From NCBI GenBank assembly GCA_039815185.1, contig JBCBZT010000049.1:1-54698 (forward strand): a stretch of DNA of 54,698 bases, read 5' to 3'. This stretch comes from Cyanobacteria bacterium P01_A01_bin.123. Its GTDB lineage: Bacteria > Cyanobacteriota > Cyanobacteriia > Phormidesmidales > Phormidesmidaceae. Below the pieces are notes generated by a model. It was not told the DNA's origin. It worked only from the letters and a program-made list of their open reading frames with translations, and did no database searches. The position numbers and the translations under genes were made by a program. Of the stretch, positions 20,590 to 28,939 are shown one piece after another (within the stretch, counting starts at the first letter, position 1; every line of letters begins with the position of its first letter).

Positions 20590-21417
20590 CTAACTGGAAG
20601 AGTCCATCGGGGCAGCACACACAACTCGAAAACCGATAATGTAGTAGCGGACGACGGGAAAGTAGTTGAAGCAAAAGGCAGACCGGCAGAACCTCGGACT
20701 GTCGTCCCAAGAACCGCCGCGTAGGACACGACTGGCATCTTTGTCTTCAGTTAACCAGGCACGGCCATCTTCAGGTGCGTCTCCATAGCTGCCATGCCAG
20801 TGGTCTAAGCACCATTCATAAACATTGCCATGCATATCGCATAGGCCCCAGGCATTGGCTACATCAAAGTGATTTACAGGGGTGGTTTCTTCACGATACT
20901 CACCTTCTGGGCCACCGTTGTAAGTGTATCTGCCGTTGTAATTCGCTAGTTCTGTCGTTAGGGTTTGGCCAAACGAGAAGGGGGTTTTCGTGCCTGCTCG
21001 ACAGGCATATTCCCACTCGGCCTCACTGGGAAGACGGTAAGGGCGACCAGAGTAACGCGCCAGACGATCGCAGAACTCTACCGCCTCATACCAAGAAACT
21101 CGCTCTACGGGACGATTAGGGCCTTTGAAATTGGACGGATCGGTATCAAGTTCTCGATTTACTTCAGGCATCTTGGCCACCACACGCCATTGGGCTTGGG
21201 TAATGGGATAGCGCCCCATAAAAAAGGTTGGCACAGTGACATCATGCTGAGGGCCTTCATCATCTTCCCGATCAGGTTCATCTGATAGAGACCCCATGCT
21301 AAAGGTGTCACCGCGAATCAAAAGCATGTCGAGGGAAATGGCATCGCCAAGGCCCTCTAGGGGCTCAGTAAAGCATTGAGCAGTTGTCGGGGTGCGACGG
21401 AGGGTGAAGGGGGGCAT
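20590..21417 (-). CDS. FGE-sulfatase (C-type lectin fold) protein, DGR target-like
   Basis: Same FGE motifs; paralog of its neighbours. Confidence 0.95.
   Translation of the reverse strand: MPPFTLRRTPTTAQCFTEPLEGLGDAISLDMLLIRGDTFSMGSLSDEPDREDDEGPQHDVTVPTFFMGRYPITQAQWRVVAKMPEVNRELDTDPSNFKGPNRPVERVSWYEAVEFCDRLARYSGRPYRLPSEAEWEYACRAGTKTPFSFGQTLTTELANYNGRYTYNGGPEGEYREETTPVNHFDVANAWGLCDMHGNVYEWCLDHWHGSYGDAPEDGRAWLTEDKDASRVLRGGSWDDSPRFCRSAFCFNYFPVVRYYIIGFRVVCAAPMDSSS
20617..20721 (-). repeat. DGR-type variable repeat VR2
   Basis: Aligns to VR1 and VR3 without gaps. Confidence 0.85.
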
Positions 21418-21432
21418 CGGAGAAACACTGAA

Positions 21433-21580
21433 TGGGCCAGAGAACTCTTCGGTTACCCTACCAAGCTAACTGACCCTTTTGGTTTTCGGATGCCGTTGCC
21501 GACATCACAGGGATAGATCTGGACTCTTCAAAACACGCCCGACAGATTCCCACCTGCCAGTTCTGGCACTGAAGAGTATT
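21433..21580 (-). ncRNA. Structured non-coding segment, probable remnant of the DGR RNA region downstream of a template repeat
   Basis: Minus-strand stems CTCTTCA...TGAAGAG, GATGTCG-GCAA-CGGCATC and GGGTCAG...TTGGTAG...CGAA...CTGGCCC, located directly after VR3. Confidence 0.55.
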
Positions 21581-21596
21581 TCTCCTTCGGAGACGC

Positions 21597-24506
21597 TCAC
21601 GCGAACGGGGCAGCACACACAACTCGAAAACCGAAAGGGTTGAAGCGGACGTCGGGGAAGAAGCTGAGGCGATAGGCAGACCGGCAGTCCCCCGGATCGA
21701 CGTCCCAAGACCCGCCGCGTAGGATACGCCTTGCATTTTCGTTATTAGTTGACCAAGCACTGCCATCCTCCGTAGCACCTCGGTAACTGTCGTGATAGTG
21801 ATCACGACACCACTCATAAACATTTCCATGCATATCAGACAAACCAAAAGTGTTGGCTACACCAAAGTGATCAACAGGTGTAGTCTCTTCTCGATATTCT
21901 CCAGCAGGGCCATCCGCAAAGGTCGTTGTGCCCCGGTAGTTGGCCAGCTCTGATGAAATGGTTGCGCCAAAATGAAAAGGTGTTTCTGTCCCAGCACGAC
22001 AGGCATATTCCCACTCAGCTTCGGTAGGTAGGCGGTATTCTCTTTGGGTGTGATTAGAGAGGCGATCGCAAAACTCCACCGCTTCATACCAACTCACTTG
22101 CTCAACCGGACGATTATCCCCCTTAAAGCGCGACGGATCAGGATTTAACTTGCGGTTGACTTGCTCCAGACCAGCAACAAAACGCCATTGGGCCTGTGTG
22201 ATAGGGTAGCGCCCCATAGAGAACGGCTGGACGGTAACTTTGTGTTGAGGCCCTTCTCGGTCATATCGATCGGGTTCAGTATCTGGAGAGCCCATGGTGA
22301 AGGTATCACCCAGAATGTAGACCATTTCCACTCCCCCATCCTCTGCAATAACCTGTAAAACCTCTTTAACAGCAGCTAGCCCAGACCCCGTAGGCCCCTC
22401 TGCCCACTGCAACAAGGAATAAGTGCGCCTTTCTTGAGAGGAAGCCGTCGCAACGCCGTATGGTCTTCCCAAAGCAACCAACACCTGATCAAATTGCCCC
22501 TCAGGAAGTGCATTCAAGCAGCTGATGAGTGCTTGTTTTTGATCCGCAGCATCTTGAAGTTGAAGGTCGGGACTTGGCAAGCGACTCAGTACTTCAACAA
22601 AGCGTCGTGCTTGCCCTCGTCGCTTATTAATCACCCATTCAGCACGCTGACGGAACAACCCCCGCTGCTGTTTTTCAAGGGTTGCAATTTCAAATTCAAA
22701 CAGCTCTAGGCCATTAACAGAGTCTGACTCAAATGCGATGGTCGCAACTGTAAAGCCGTCCATCTGAATGGGTGGCCACTCAGCTTCAGGGTTAGGGAGA
22801 TCTTCAGCATCAATTAATTGAGCCTGCATAAAATCGAGAGTGCGTAGAGGCGGTATCTCAAAAGCAGGTCGCTGAATAAGTGAGCCAGACTCAACAGGGC
22901 GATCTAGAGTATCCACCAATGCTGCGTAGTCTCCCCCCATTTGCTGCAACACTTGCTTAGCAAGATTGGCAAATTTCAACAGGTCTGAACCGGTAGCTTC
23001 CCCTAACTCATTTTCTAGCTGTAGGAGCGCTGTGAAGCTGTAGATACTTCGATTCAACTTTTTGCCAATATATTGTGAAACCCGATCGAGTACTGCTTCC
23101 TTAACAGGAGTAGGCACCGAGGCAATCAGGGGTTCTCGCACATCTGGCAAAAAGTCATAGGTTGGTTGACTGTAAGAGGAAGAGCCTTCTCCTGTTGAAT
23201 CATCCGTGCGCTCGACCAGACCACTCATAAAAATCTCCGCTAGATGTAGCGGTGTGGACTCTGGCAGCATCGCCGCTTGTAAGAGATAGATAATCGGCAA
23301 GTCCACAGGCACCAACGCCATCAACCCAGCCAGCCGCTTTGCCAACCCAGACGCCGTTGTGGTGAACCGCTTCACCAGTTGCTCTGCTGTCAGGGGCATA
23401 GCTGAGGATGCTGAGGGGATCTGTAGGGTTTGCCATCCCTGATCAAACCAGATGCCTGCTGCCCAACTCTCGCCCCACCCAGACACCATCTTTGCCCATG
23501 GGGTCAATGAATTCGGCTCCAGAGTAATGACAGGTAGCTTTAAACCTTCAGATGCATTTTGCTCAGCACCAATAGGAGGCTCTTGAAACAAAAGTTGCTG
23601 GTTAGTTACACCCGGCATCCAAGCCCCTAACTGTACTTCTAGACCTGCGCTCAAAACCGTGCGCGACCATAGATGGCCAGGTAACAACTGCACAATTGCC
23701 AAAGGACTATGGGCTGCCCAAAGCTCTAGACACGCCTGATGCAGTTCGCCAGTGCGCCAAGCCGACGAAATACAGTCACTCACCAATAAGATCAACCGAC
23801 GCCCTGATGCATCAAGCAGTTCTTTAGGGCTGCGAGACGGTTGTTGAGACGTTTTTGTAGGTGACTTAGCAAACAGCTTAATTGCACCTGATGAGGTTTG
23901 AAGATGCCATACTGTGACCGCCCGAAAAGCCCCTTGACGCTCTAGTACCTGTTTGAAATCACGAATGGTCTCTCGCCAAAGAATGCTGGCCGCAGAGTCT
24001 TCAATCACCAATGCCACCTCTAGCCATCGTTCTTTGGCAGGTCGCACCACCGTCATGCAAAATCGTTGCTCTGCCGTTTGTTCTGCCGTGGCATCTTCGT
24101 CTAAAATCTGCTGCGTGTAGGAATCCACCTTACGCATCAGCGGGCGCAGGGCTCGACCAATGGCCAAGGTTTTTCGCAATGCCGGGGCCGTCGGGGCTTG
24201 AAATGGAATACCTTTCTTGGCGGGAGCTGATTGTTTGGCTTGCGGCTGAGTCCTGCCTGAATAAAGACCAATCCCAGGATCTGGAGGGGGTGGGGGAACT
24301 GGCTGAGACAGATTGGTTTGCTGCCGCATAGGCGTAGGTGATGCTTGAGGAGAGGATGCCTGGGAACTTTGGGTGATTTCTCCGTCCATATAGCGGGATA
24401 GCCACATCAAGTCAGCAATCTTTTCAGCATCCCAATCGATCCCAGCCCCTCTAAGGCGAGCAATTAGCTCTGATAATGCTGCATGAGGTGCTACCGAGTC
24501 GCTCAT
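21597..24506 (-). CDS. vWA-like (SAV_2336-type N-terminus) protein fused to a C-terminal FGE-sulfatase domain; vWA component of a ternary conflict system
   Basis: IGRALRPLMRKV, LEVALVIEDS, LILLVSDCIS and IVQLLP..LW, followed by the full FGE motif set. Confidence 0.88.
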   Translation of the reverse strand: MSDSVAPHAALSELIARLRGAGIDWDAEKIADLMWLSRYMDGEITQSSQASSPQASPTPMRQQTNLSQPVPPPPPDPGIGLYSGRTQPQAKQSAPAKKGIPFQAPTAPALRKTLAIGRALRPLMRKVDSYTQQILDEDATAEQTAEQRFCMTVVRPAKERWLEVALVIEDSAASILWRETIRDFKQVLERQGAFRAVTVWHLQTSSGAIKLFAKSPTKTSQQPSRSPKELLDASGRRLILLVSDCISSAWRTGELHQACLELWAAHSPLAIVQLLPGHLWSRTVLSAGLEVQLGAWMPGVTNQQLLFQEPPIGAEQNASEGLKLPVITLEPNSLTPWAKMVSGWGESWAAGIWFDQGWQTLQIPSASSAMPLTAEQLVKRFTTTASGLAKRLAGLMALVPVDLPIIYLLQAAMLPESTPLHLAEIFMSGLVERTDDSTGEGSSSYSQPTYDFLPDVREPLIASVPTPVKEAVLDRVSQYIGKKLNRSIYSFTALLQLENELGEATGSDLLKFANLAKQVLQQMGGDYAALVDTLDRPVESGSLIQRPAFEIPPLRTLDFMQAQLIDAEDLPNPEAEWPPIQMDGFTVATIAFESDSVNGLELFEFEIATLEKQQRGLFRQRAEWVINKRRGQARRFVEVLSRLPSPDLQLQDAADQKQALISCLNALPEGQFDQVLVALGRPYGVATASSQERRTYSLLQWAEGPTGSGLAAVKEVLQVIAEDGGVEMVYILGDTFTMGSPDTEPDRYDREGPQHKVTVQPFSMGRYPITQAQWRFVAGLEQVNRKLNPDPSRFKGDNRPVEQVSWYEAVEFCDRLSNHTQREYRLPTEAEWEYACRAGTETPFHFGATISSELANYRGTTTFADGPAGEYREETTPVDHFGVANTFGLSDMHGNVYEWCRDHYHDSYRGATEDGSAWSTNNENARRILRGGSWDVDPGDCRSAYRLSFFPDVRFNPFGFRVVCAAPFA
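21615..21719 (-). repeat. DGR-type variable repeat VR3
   Basis: Aligns to VR1 and VR2 without gaps. Confidence 0.85.
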
Positions 24507-25501
24507 CAGGCACCTGGCCCAGATAGGGGTTTCAACAGCTTATCTCGCAGTTGCTCTCTCGCTTTATCTGTCGGTATGCCACTCTGCCGTAGTAGATAAA
24601 TGGCGTTCAACAACTGATCAGTTGCTAATTCCTGGCCTTGTGTATCCCGCTTCTCTAAGAAGCTTTGAATAATGGATTTTGCTTCTTCCAAAACATTCTC
24701 ATCTCGGAGATGCTGCTGCACAATATCTGATAATTCAGCCTCGTTAGGTTCTCGCATATCCAATCGAATGCACCGCCGTAGAAATGGAGGTGGAAAATCT
24801 CGTTCACCGTTGCTAGTCAAAATCACAAAGGGAAAAGTATTGCACTGCACCTGCCCTGCTGGAATGGTCACGGTTGAGTCCTGGTTTTCATAGGCAGTAC
24901 TCACTTGCACGGTCGGCAACACTTCCTTGATACGCTCCAACTCAGGGATGCGATAGCGGCCTTCTTCGAAGGCATGGAGCAAATCGTTAGGGAGATCAAT
25001 ATCACTTTTGTCGATCTCATCAATCAGCAAGATACGAGGCCGCTTTAAATTTTCAACGGGCAATAAGGCTGTACCCAAAGGCCCTAAACGAATATATTTG
25101 CCAATATCTTTGAGCGTTTCACTCAGGTCATTAGACTGTCGCTCTTTTTGCTGAGAGTCTTGCAGACGCCCAATCGCGTCATAGCTATACAGGCCATCTT
25201 TGAGTGTGGTTCGGGTCGTGACTGGCCAGTAAAGAACTTCCCCCAGCTTTAACTCACGAGCCACAGCATAGGCCAGAGAAGTTTTTCCGGTTCCCGGTTT
25301 CCCCGTTATTAGTAGGGGGCGACGTAGATACAGTGCGGCATTCACCAAATCAATTTCTTCAGGTCTTGCCTTAAACGTGGCCCCTTTTTGTTGCTGTCGC
25401 GTTTGCTCATCTTTAAAGACACGCCAGTTAGGTGGGTCTGGCAAACGCTCCAAACCATCGTGGGGTTGTCCAGTCCCTTCAAAAATCTTCCAACTGGTCA
25501 T
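24506..25501 (-). CDS. MoxR family AAA+ ATPase
   Basis: VNAALYLRRPLLITGKPGTGKT, LLIDEIDKSDIDLPNDLL and TSNGERDFPPPFLRRC motifs. Confidence 0.95.
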   Translation of the reverse strand: MTSWKIFEGTGQPHDGLERLPDPPNWRVFKDEQTRQQQKGATFKARPEEIDLVNAALYLRRPLLITGKPGTGKTSLAYAVARELKLGEVLYWPVTTRTTLKDGLYSYDAIGRLQDSQQKERQSNDLSETLKDIGKYIRLGPLGTALLPVENLKRPRILLIDEIDKSDIDLPNDLLHAFEEGRYRIPELERIKEVLPTVQVSTAYENQDSTVTIPAGQVQCNTFPFVILTSNGERDFPPPFLRRCIRLDMREPNEAELSDIVQQHLRDENVLEEAKSIIQSFLEKRDTQGQELATDQLLNAIYLLRQSGIPTDKAREQLRDKLLKPLSGPGA

Positions 25502-27339
25502 AATAGCTGCTCATCAGAGTAGGTAATGCTAGGCGGCACACGATAAAAATCTTCCCACAGAAAGGATAGGTGATGCCCCAATTCTGGAGGGGCCTCTGGA
25601 TCACCATCTTCATCTAGCGCTGGCGTTTCCCGTCGCAAAGCACTCACTTTTTTCGGTACCTGTTCAAGGCAGTCATCCAAAATATCATTGTGCAAACGAT
25701 TAGCCAATTCACAACCCTGGCACCGCAGCCAAACAGCTGTTGGAGTTCCCGTTGCCAGCAGCACACCGATTTCTCCTTGCTTAGCAGCCTTGGGGAGTTT
25801 TTGCGTAAGCTTTAGTCCCAAAGCCGATTTGAGGGGTGTTTGCAAACTTTTGGCAGACAAGGCATCACCATCCACAAAGGCATCTATAGCCGCCGAATTG
25901 AGTTCAGTTTGCAAGCGATTCCATTTGGCTTCCCATAGCTTTTGCCCCCGTGCATACTCCAACCGTTCCTGGGAGCGGATCACAATATGAGCACAATCTG
26001 CATCGATCCCAAGCAGCATAGGGAATCCATATTCGTCCGGAACCAGGCATTGCTCAATGGGCTGATTAATCAGCGCCATCGGCAAAAAGAACTCAATAGT
26101 TAACTCCTGTAGTGACAGGCCACGTTTAGCAACTTGATCTACATAGACCGCTAAAAATATGGGCAGATGTTTGTAGTCGATACCATTCGTAAAGTCGATG
26201 GCGTCAGGGTTTTCAACGTATTTTTGCCAATCTGAGTCTGCTAAGGCTTCTGCCCCTTCTCCCGTTGTCGGGTCATAGCCCTCACCGGTGGCAGAATTGT
26301 ATCGCCTGGTATCAGGCACTATCCAAGCGTTCACTTGGTAAGGCTCCTTTTTAGTATTCCGATCTGCCTGAATACTGATCAACAAGCAGGGCTGAAATGG
26401 ATGTGCCTGTCGAGAGACGATTTCTTCTCGCTGTTGCTTTATTTGGGCCAACAAGGTTGAGAGCTCAATATCGTTATGTTTATAGCGCTCGATCCAGCCT
26501 AATAGTTTATCTTGAAGCTGTTCAACGCCTGGTAGGCCCCACAGGCAGGCGGCAAATTCCACCAACTTACCCTCTGACATCTGGGCAATGTCAGTGAGTT
26601 GTGATGCTAACTTATTTTGGAAAGGTTCTGACCAAGTATCAGGTCGGCACACCTTGTAGGCTGTCGTGATTTGTGACGCTAAGGTGCTCTGATGGGGGCG
26701 CAGCAATACTAACAGTGAGTGAAGCTTAACCTGGTTTAATGCAGCCTGGAGCTTTTGAATAGGCAGGATGAAGCCAACTTTAGCAGTGTCTTGTCCCTGG
26801 TGGCGGGCAACGACCATCCCTACAGTGCCTGGACTTTCATCCCGTTGCCATACTGGCGACCCGCTGAAACCTGGTTCAATGGCTAATCCAGGTTCTTTCG
26901 TATCTTCAACTTGCACCCATCCGCCGTCTACTTCGCCTCGGGTAACAGCAGTTAAATTGCGTCCAGCAGCGTCACTGCCTGGATAGCCAAAAATCTGTAG
27001 TGCCGCTCTATTGAATTGACGTAAGGGGTGTCTGGGGGCAGATGTTATCCCTAACGGAAGGGCTGAGGGTAAATACAATACTGCCGCATCTTGTCCATAG
27101 GTTGATGCTTCTAGCTCAAAAAAGATGACCTTGGCTAGCTGAGGCTCACTCGTATCAAAAAAGGTTATTTGCAGAGAAGCTCCTATTACTTCATCGGCAG
27201 CAAACAAAGCGGCTTCGACAACATGGGCACAGGTCAACACATAGTTCTCTGCTATCAAGAAACCAGTTCCAGCGATACTATCTGTGCTGTTCTGGTAATG
27301 AATTTTGGCGATCGCCCGTTTGCTAGATTCAAACGTCAT
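25498..27339 (-). CDS. Trypsin-like serine peptidase fused to VMAP (vWA-MoxR associated protein) domains
   Basis: Catalytic triad LTCAHVV / DAAVL / GFSGSPV; VMAP-C-like IEFFLP, IRSQERL, G.P.AVW.R and HLSFLWED. Confidence 0.88.
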   Translation of the reverse strand: MTFESSKRAIAKIHYQNSTDSIAGTGFLIAENYVLTCAHVVEAALFAADEVIGASLQITFFDTSEPQLAKVIFFELEASTYGQDAAVLYLPSALPLGITSAPRHPLRQFNRAALQIFGYPGSDAAGRNLTAVTRGEVDGGWVQVEDTKEPGLAIEPGFSGSPVWQRDESPGTVGMVVARHQGQDTAKVGFILPIQKLQAALNQVKLHSLLVLLRPHQSTLASQITTAYKVCRPDTWSEPFQNKLASQLTDIAQMSEGKLVEFAACLWGLPGVEQLQDKLLGWIERYKHNDIELSTLLAQIKQQREEIVSRQAHPFQPCLLISIQADRNTKKEPYQVNAWIVPDTRRYNSATGEGYDPTTGEGAEALADSDWQKYVENPDAIDFTNGIDYKHLPIFLAVYVDQVAKRGLSLQELTIEFFLPMALINQPIEQCLVPDEYGFPMLLGIDADCAHIVIRSQERLEYARGQKLWEAKWNRLQTELNSAAIDAFVDGDALSAKSLQTPLKSALGLKLTQKLPKAAKQGEIGVLLATGTPTAVWLRCQGCELANRLHNDILDDCLEQVPKKVSALRRETPALDEDGDPEAPPELGHHLSFLWEDFYRVPPSITYSDEQLL

Positions 27340-27703
27340 CCGTACTGCCTGATGCTTTCTCTTGATCCTTTCCCCACTTCAGCTTGACTTCAAAGGTCAC
27401 ATCTCCACCGACAGAGCCAAACACAACACCTGCTTCGGCAGCGAGTTTGAGCCCAAAGGTCACTTCCACTTCATCAGCAGGCGTTGTTAGTCCTGACCTC
27501 AACCGAGACACAACCGTTGAAGCAACAGGTTTGATGGTGTCTAGTGCTTGTTCAAGGGTTTGAGTTGCCTGATAGACCATCTGCTTCGTATTCACCGAAG
27601 CTACCCGCTGAATAGAGCCGCCTTGAGTGGGCTTCGGTGTATCTACCTCAACCAGAAAGGCAGTCCCGTCTTCGAGCTTGAATTGGGCTAGTTCTTTTTC
27701 CAT
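27329..27703 (-). CDS. Trypsin-co-occurring (Trypco1 / CU044_2847 family) protein
   Basis: DGT.FLVEV and PADEVEVTFGLKLAAEAG....FEVKLKW; overlaps the start of the peptidase gene. Confidence 0.88.
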   Translation of the reverse strand: MEKELAQFKLEDGTAFLVEVDTPKPTQGGSIQRVASVNTKQMVYQATQTLEQALDTIKPVASTVVSRLRSGLTTPADEVEVTFGLKLAAEAGVVFGSVGGDVTFEVKLKWGKDQEKASGSTDDV

Positions 27704-27862
27704 CAGTGTTAGTACGCTAGGACTCGTCCCAGTGTAAGATTTTGCAGCTTTAGGTTAAAGTCATTTCATCTAATATCCACAAGCTGTGGCGCAAAAATCC
27801 AGAAAAACTATGGATTCTCTGCTACTAAAAATGTCAGCGAATTGCATCAGGAACTGCCATTG

Positions 27863-28321
27863 CTACACAGGCAATTCTTCCAAAGCAGGTATCCGATACC
27901 CACGCCAACGCAAAACTGCCCAAGCATATGCTTTTCGTAGCATGAGGTGATCTCTTAGAGTTCGGAGATCGGCTAATTCCTGCTGCTCCATAGACGTTAA
28001 CTGACCAACCTGATTTTTCCCCAATAGATATTGATGCCGTTCGTTTTGACGAGTATCTACCTGAGCTTGGGCAACCTTAAATAATTCATCAATGCTCAAA
28101 GTTTGCAACTCTAATAGCTCAGACTGGATTTCGGGTAGGGCATTTTCAGGAAACGGCGGTAGATTACTGGCAATACTTTGAGCTACCAAAGTTTCCAGCG
28201 GCTGCTGAGTCATCTCAGCAATCCGGGCCAACTGACGAAATATTGCCTCAGATAGCTCAATCGTGACTCGCTGAGTTGCCATTTCTACTACATCACTGCG
28301 GAACTTTATAGTCTTCATCAT
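27863..28321 (-). CDS. Hypothetical protein with a ribbon-helix-helix-like N-terminus
   Basis: RVTIELSEAIFRQLARIAE..., C-terminal LMLRKAYAWAVLRWRG. Start may be 28282. Confidence 0.7.
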   Translation of the reverse strand: MMKTIKFRSDVVEMATQRVTIELSEAIFRQLARIAEMTQQPLETLVAQSIASNLPPFPENALPEIQSELLELQTLSIDELFKVAQAQVDTRQNERHQYLLGKNQVGQLTSMEQQELADLRTLRDHLMLRKAYAWAVLRWRGYRIPALEELPV

Positions 28322-28489
28322 AGCCAGATAGCATCAAGCGTAACCTTTCAATCACGGATGATTGAGCCTTGTAAGGGGCAATTGGGCGATCGGGCTAACT
28401 CAAAGCCTTCTATCAGGTCATTCCTTAACCACAAGCCGTACCCCAACAATCCAGGAAATCGCGAAATTCTCATAAATCTTGTTAAGCCC

Positions 28490-28759
28490 TTAATTCTGGG
28501 TAGCCTGTAACTTCTCAATCTGCCGCACGTTAAACAGATACGTCCACTTAGCAGCATCAGGGTTTTTAGGCTTCCAATGCGTCCCACGCTTCAACGTCCC
28601 GTTGTCGATCATCCGCTTCAACGTCCACCGGGACACACCTAACAATTCTGTAGCCTGCGACGTTGGATACCAAGTCTTGCCCGCAGGTCTCCCTGGTCGC
28701 GGTTGAGGCAAACTTAGCCCCAGCTGGTCGCTTTGGTAGGGGGGCTCCACTTTAGCCAT
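28490..28759 (-). CDS. Excisionase-like helix-turn-helix protein
   Basis: WYPTSQATELLGVSRWTLKRMIDNGTLKRGTHW is a MerR/Xis-type HTH. A G-rich RBS precedes the ATG at 28759. Confidence 0.8.
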   Translation of the reverse strand: MAKVEPPYQSDQLGLSLPQPRPGRPAGKTWYPTSQATELLGVSRWTLKRMIDNGTLKRGTHWKPKNPDAAKWTYLFNVRQIEKLQATQN

Positions 28760-28937
28760 ATACCCCCCTATCAACTGCCACAATACAAAGCCGTTCGATC
28801 AGTCGTTCCAGTGCGCCGCTGTCGCAAGTGGTGGGATGGCCATCATCGCACCACGGCGTTAACTCATCCCAACGCTGATATCTCAGCTTTGCCCTGAGGA
28901 CATCCACTTCAGTGATAAGCAAAGACAGGTTTTCCAT
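28752..28937 (-). CDS. Small hypothetical protein
   Basis: Fills the gap between the Rep-like and xis-like genes with tight coupling. Confidence 0.55.
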   Translation of the reverse strand: MENLSLLITEVDVLRAKLRYQRWDELTPWCDDGHPTTCDSGALERLIERLCIVAVDRGVYG

Positions 28938-28939
28938 CA

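Noticed and set aside
21615..21719. VR3 as the DGR template repeat
   Set aside because: Its variable codons (GTC, CTC, TTC, CCT) are not adenine-rich and it is in frame in the protein, so it cannot template VR1 or VR2 by A-to-N changes.
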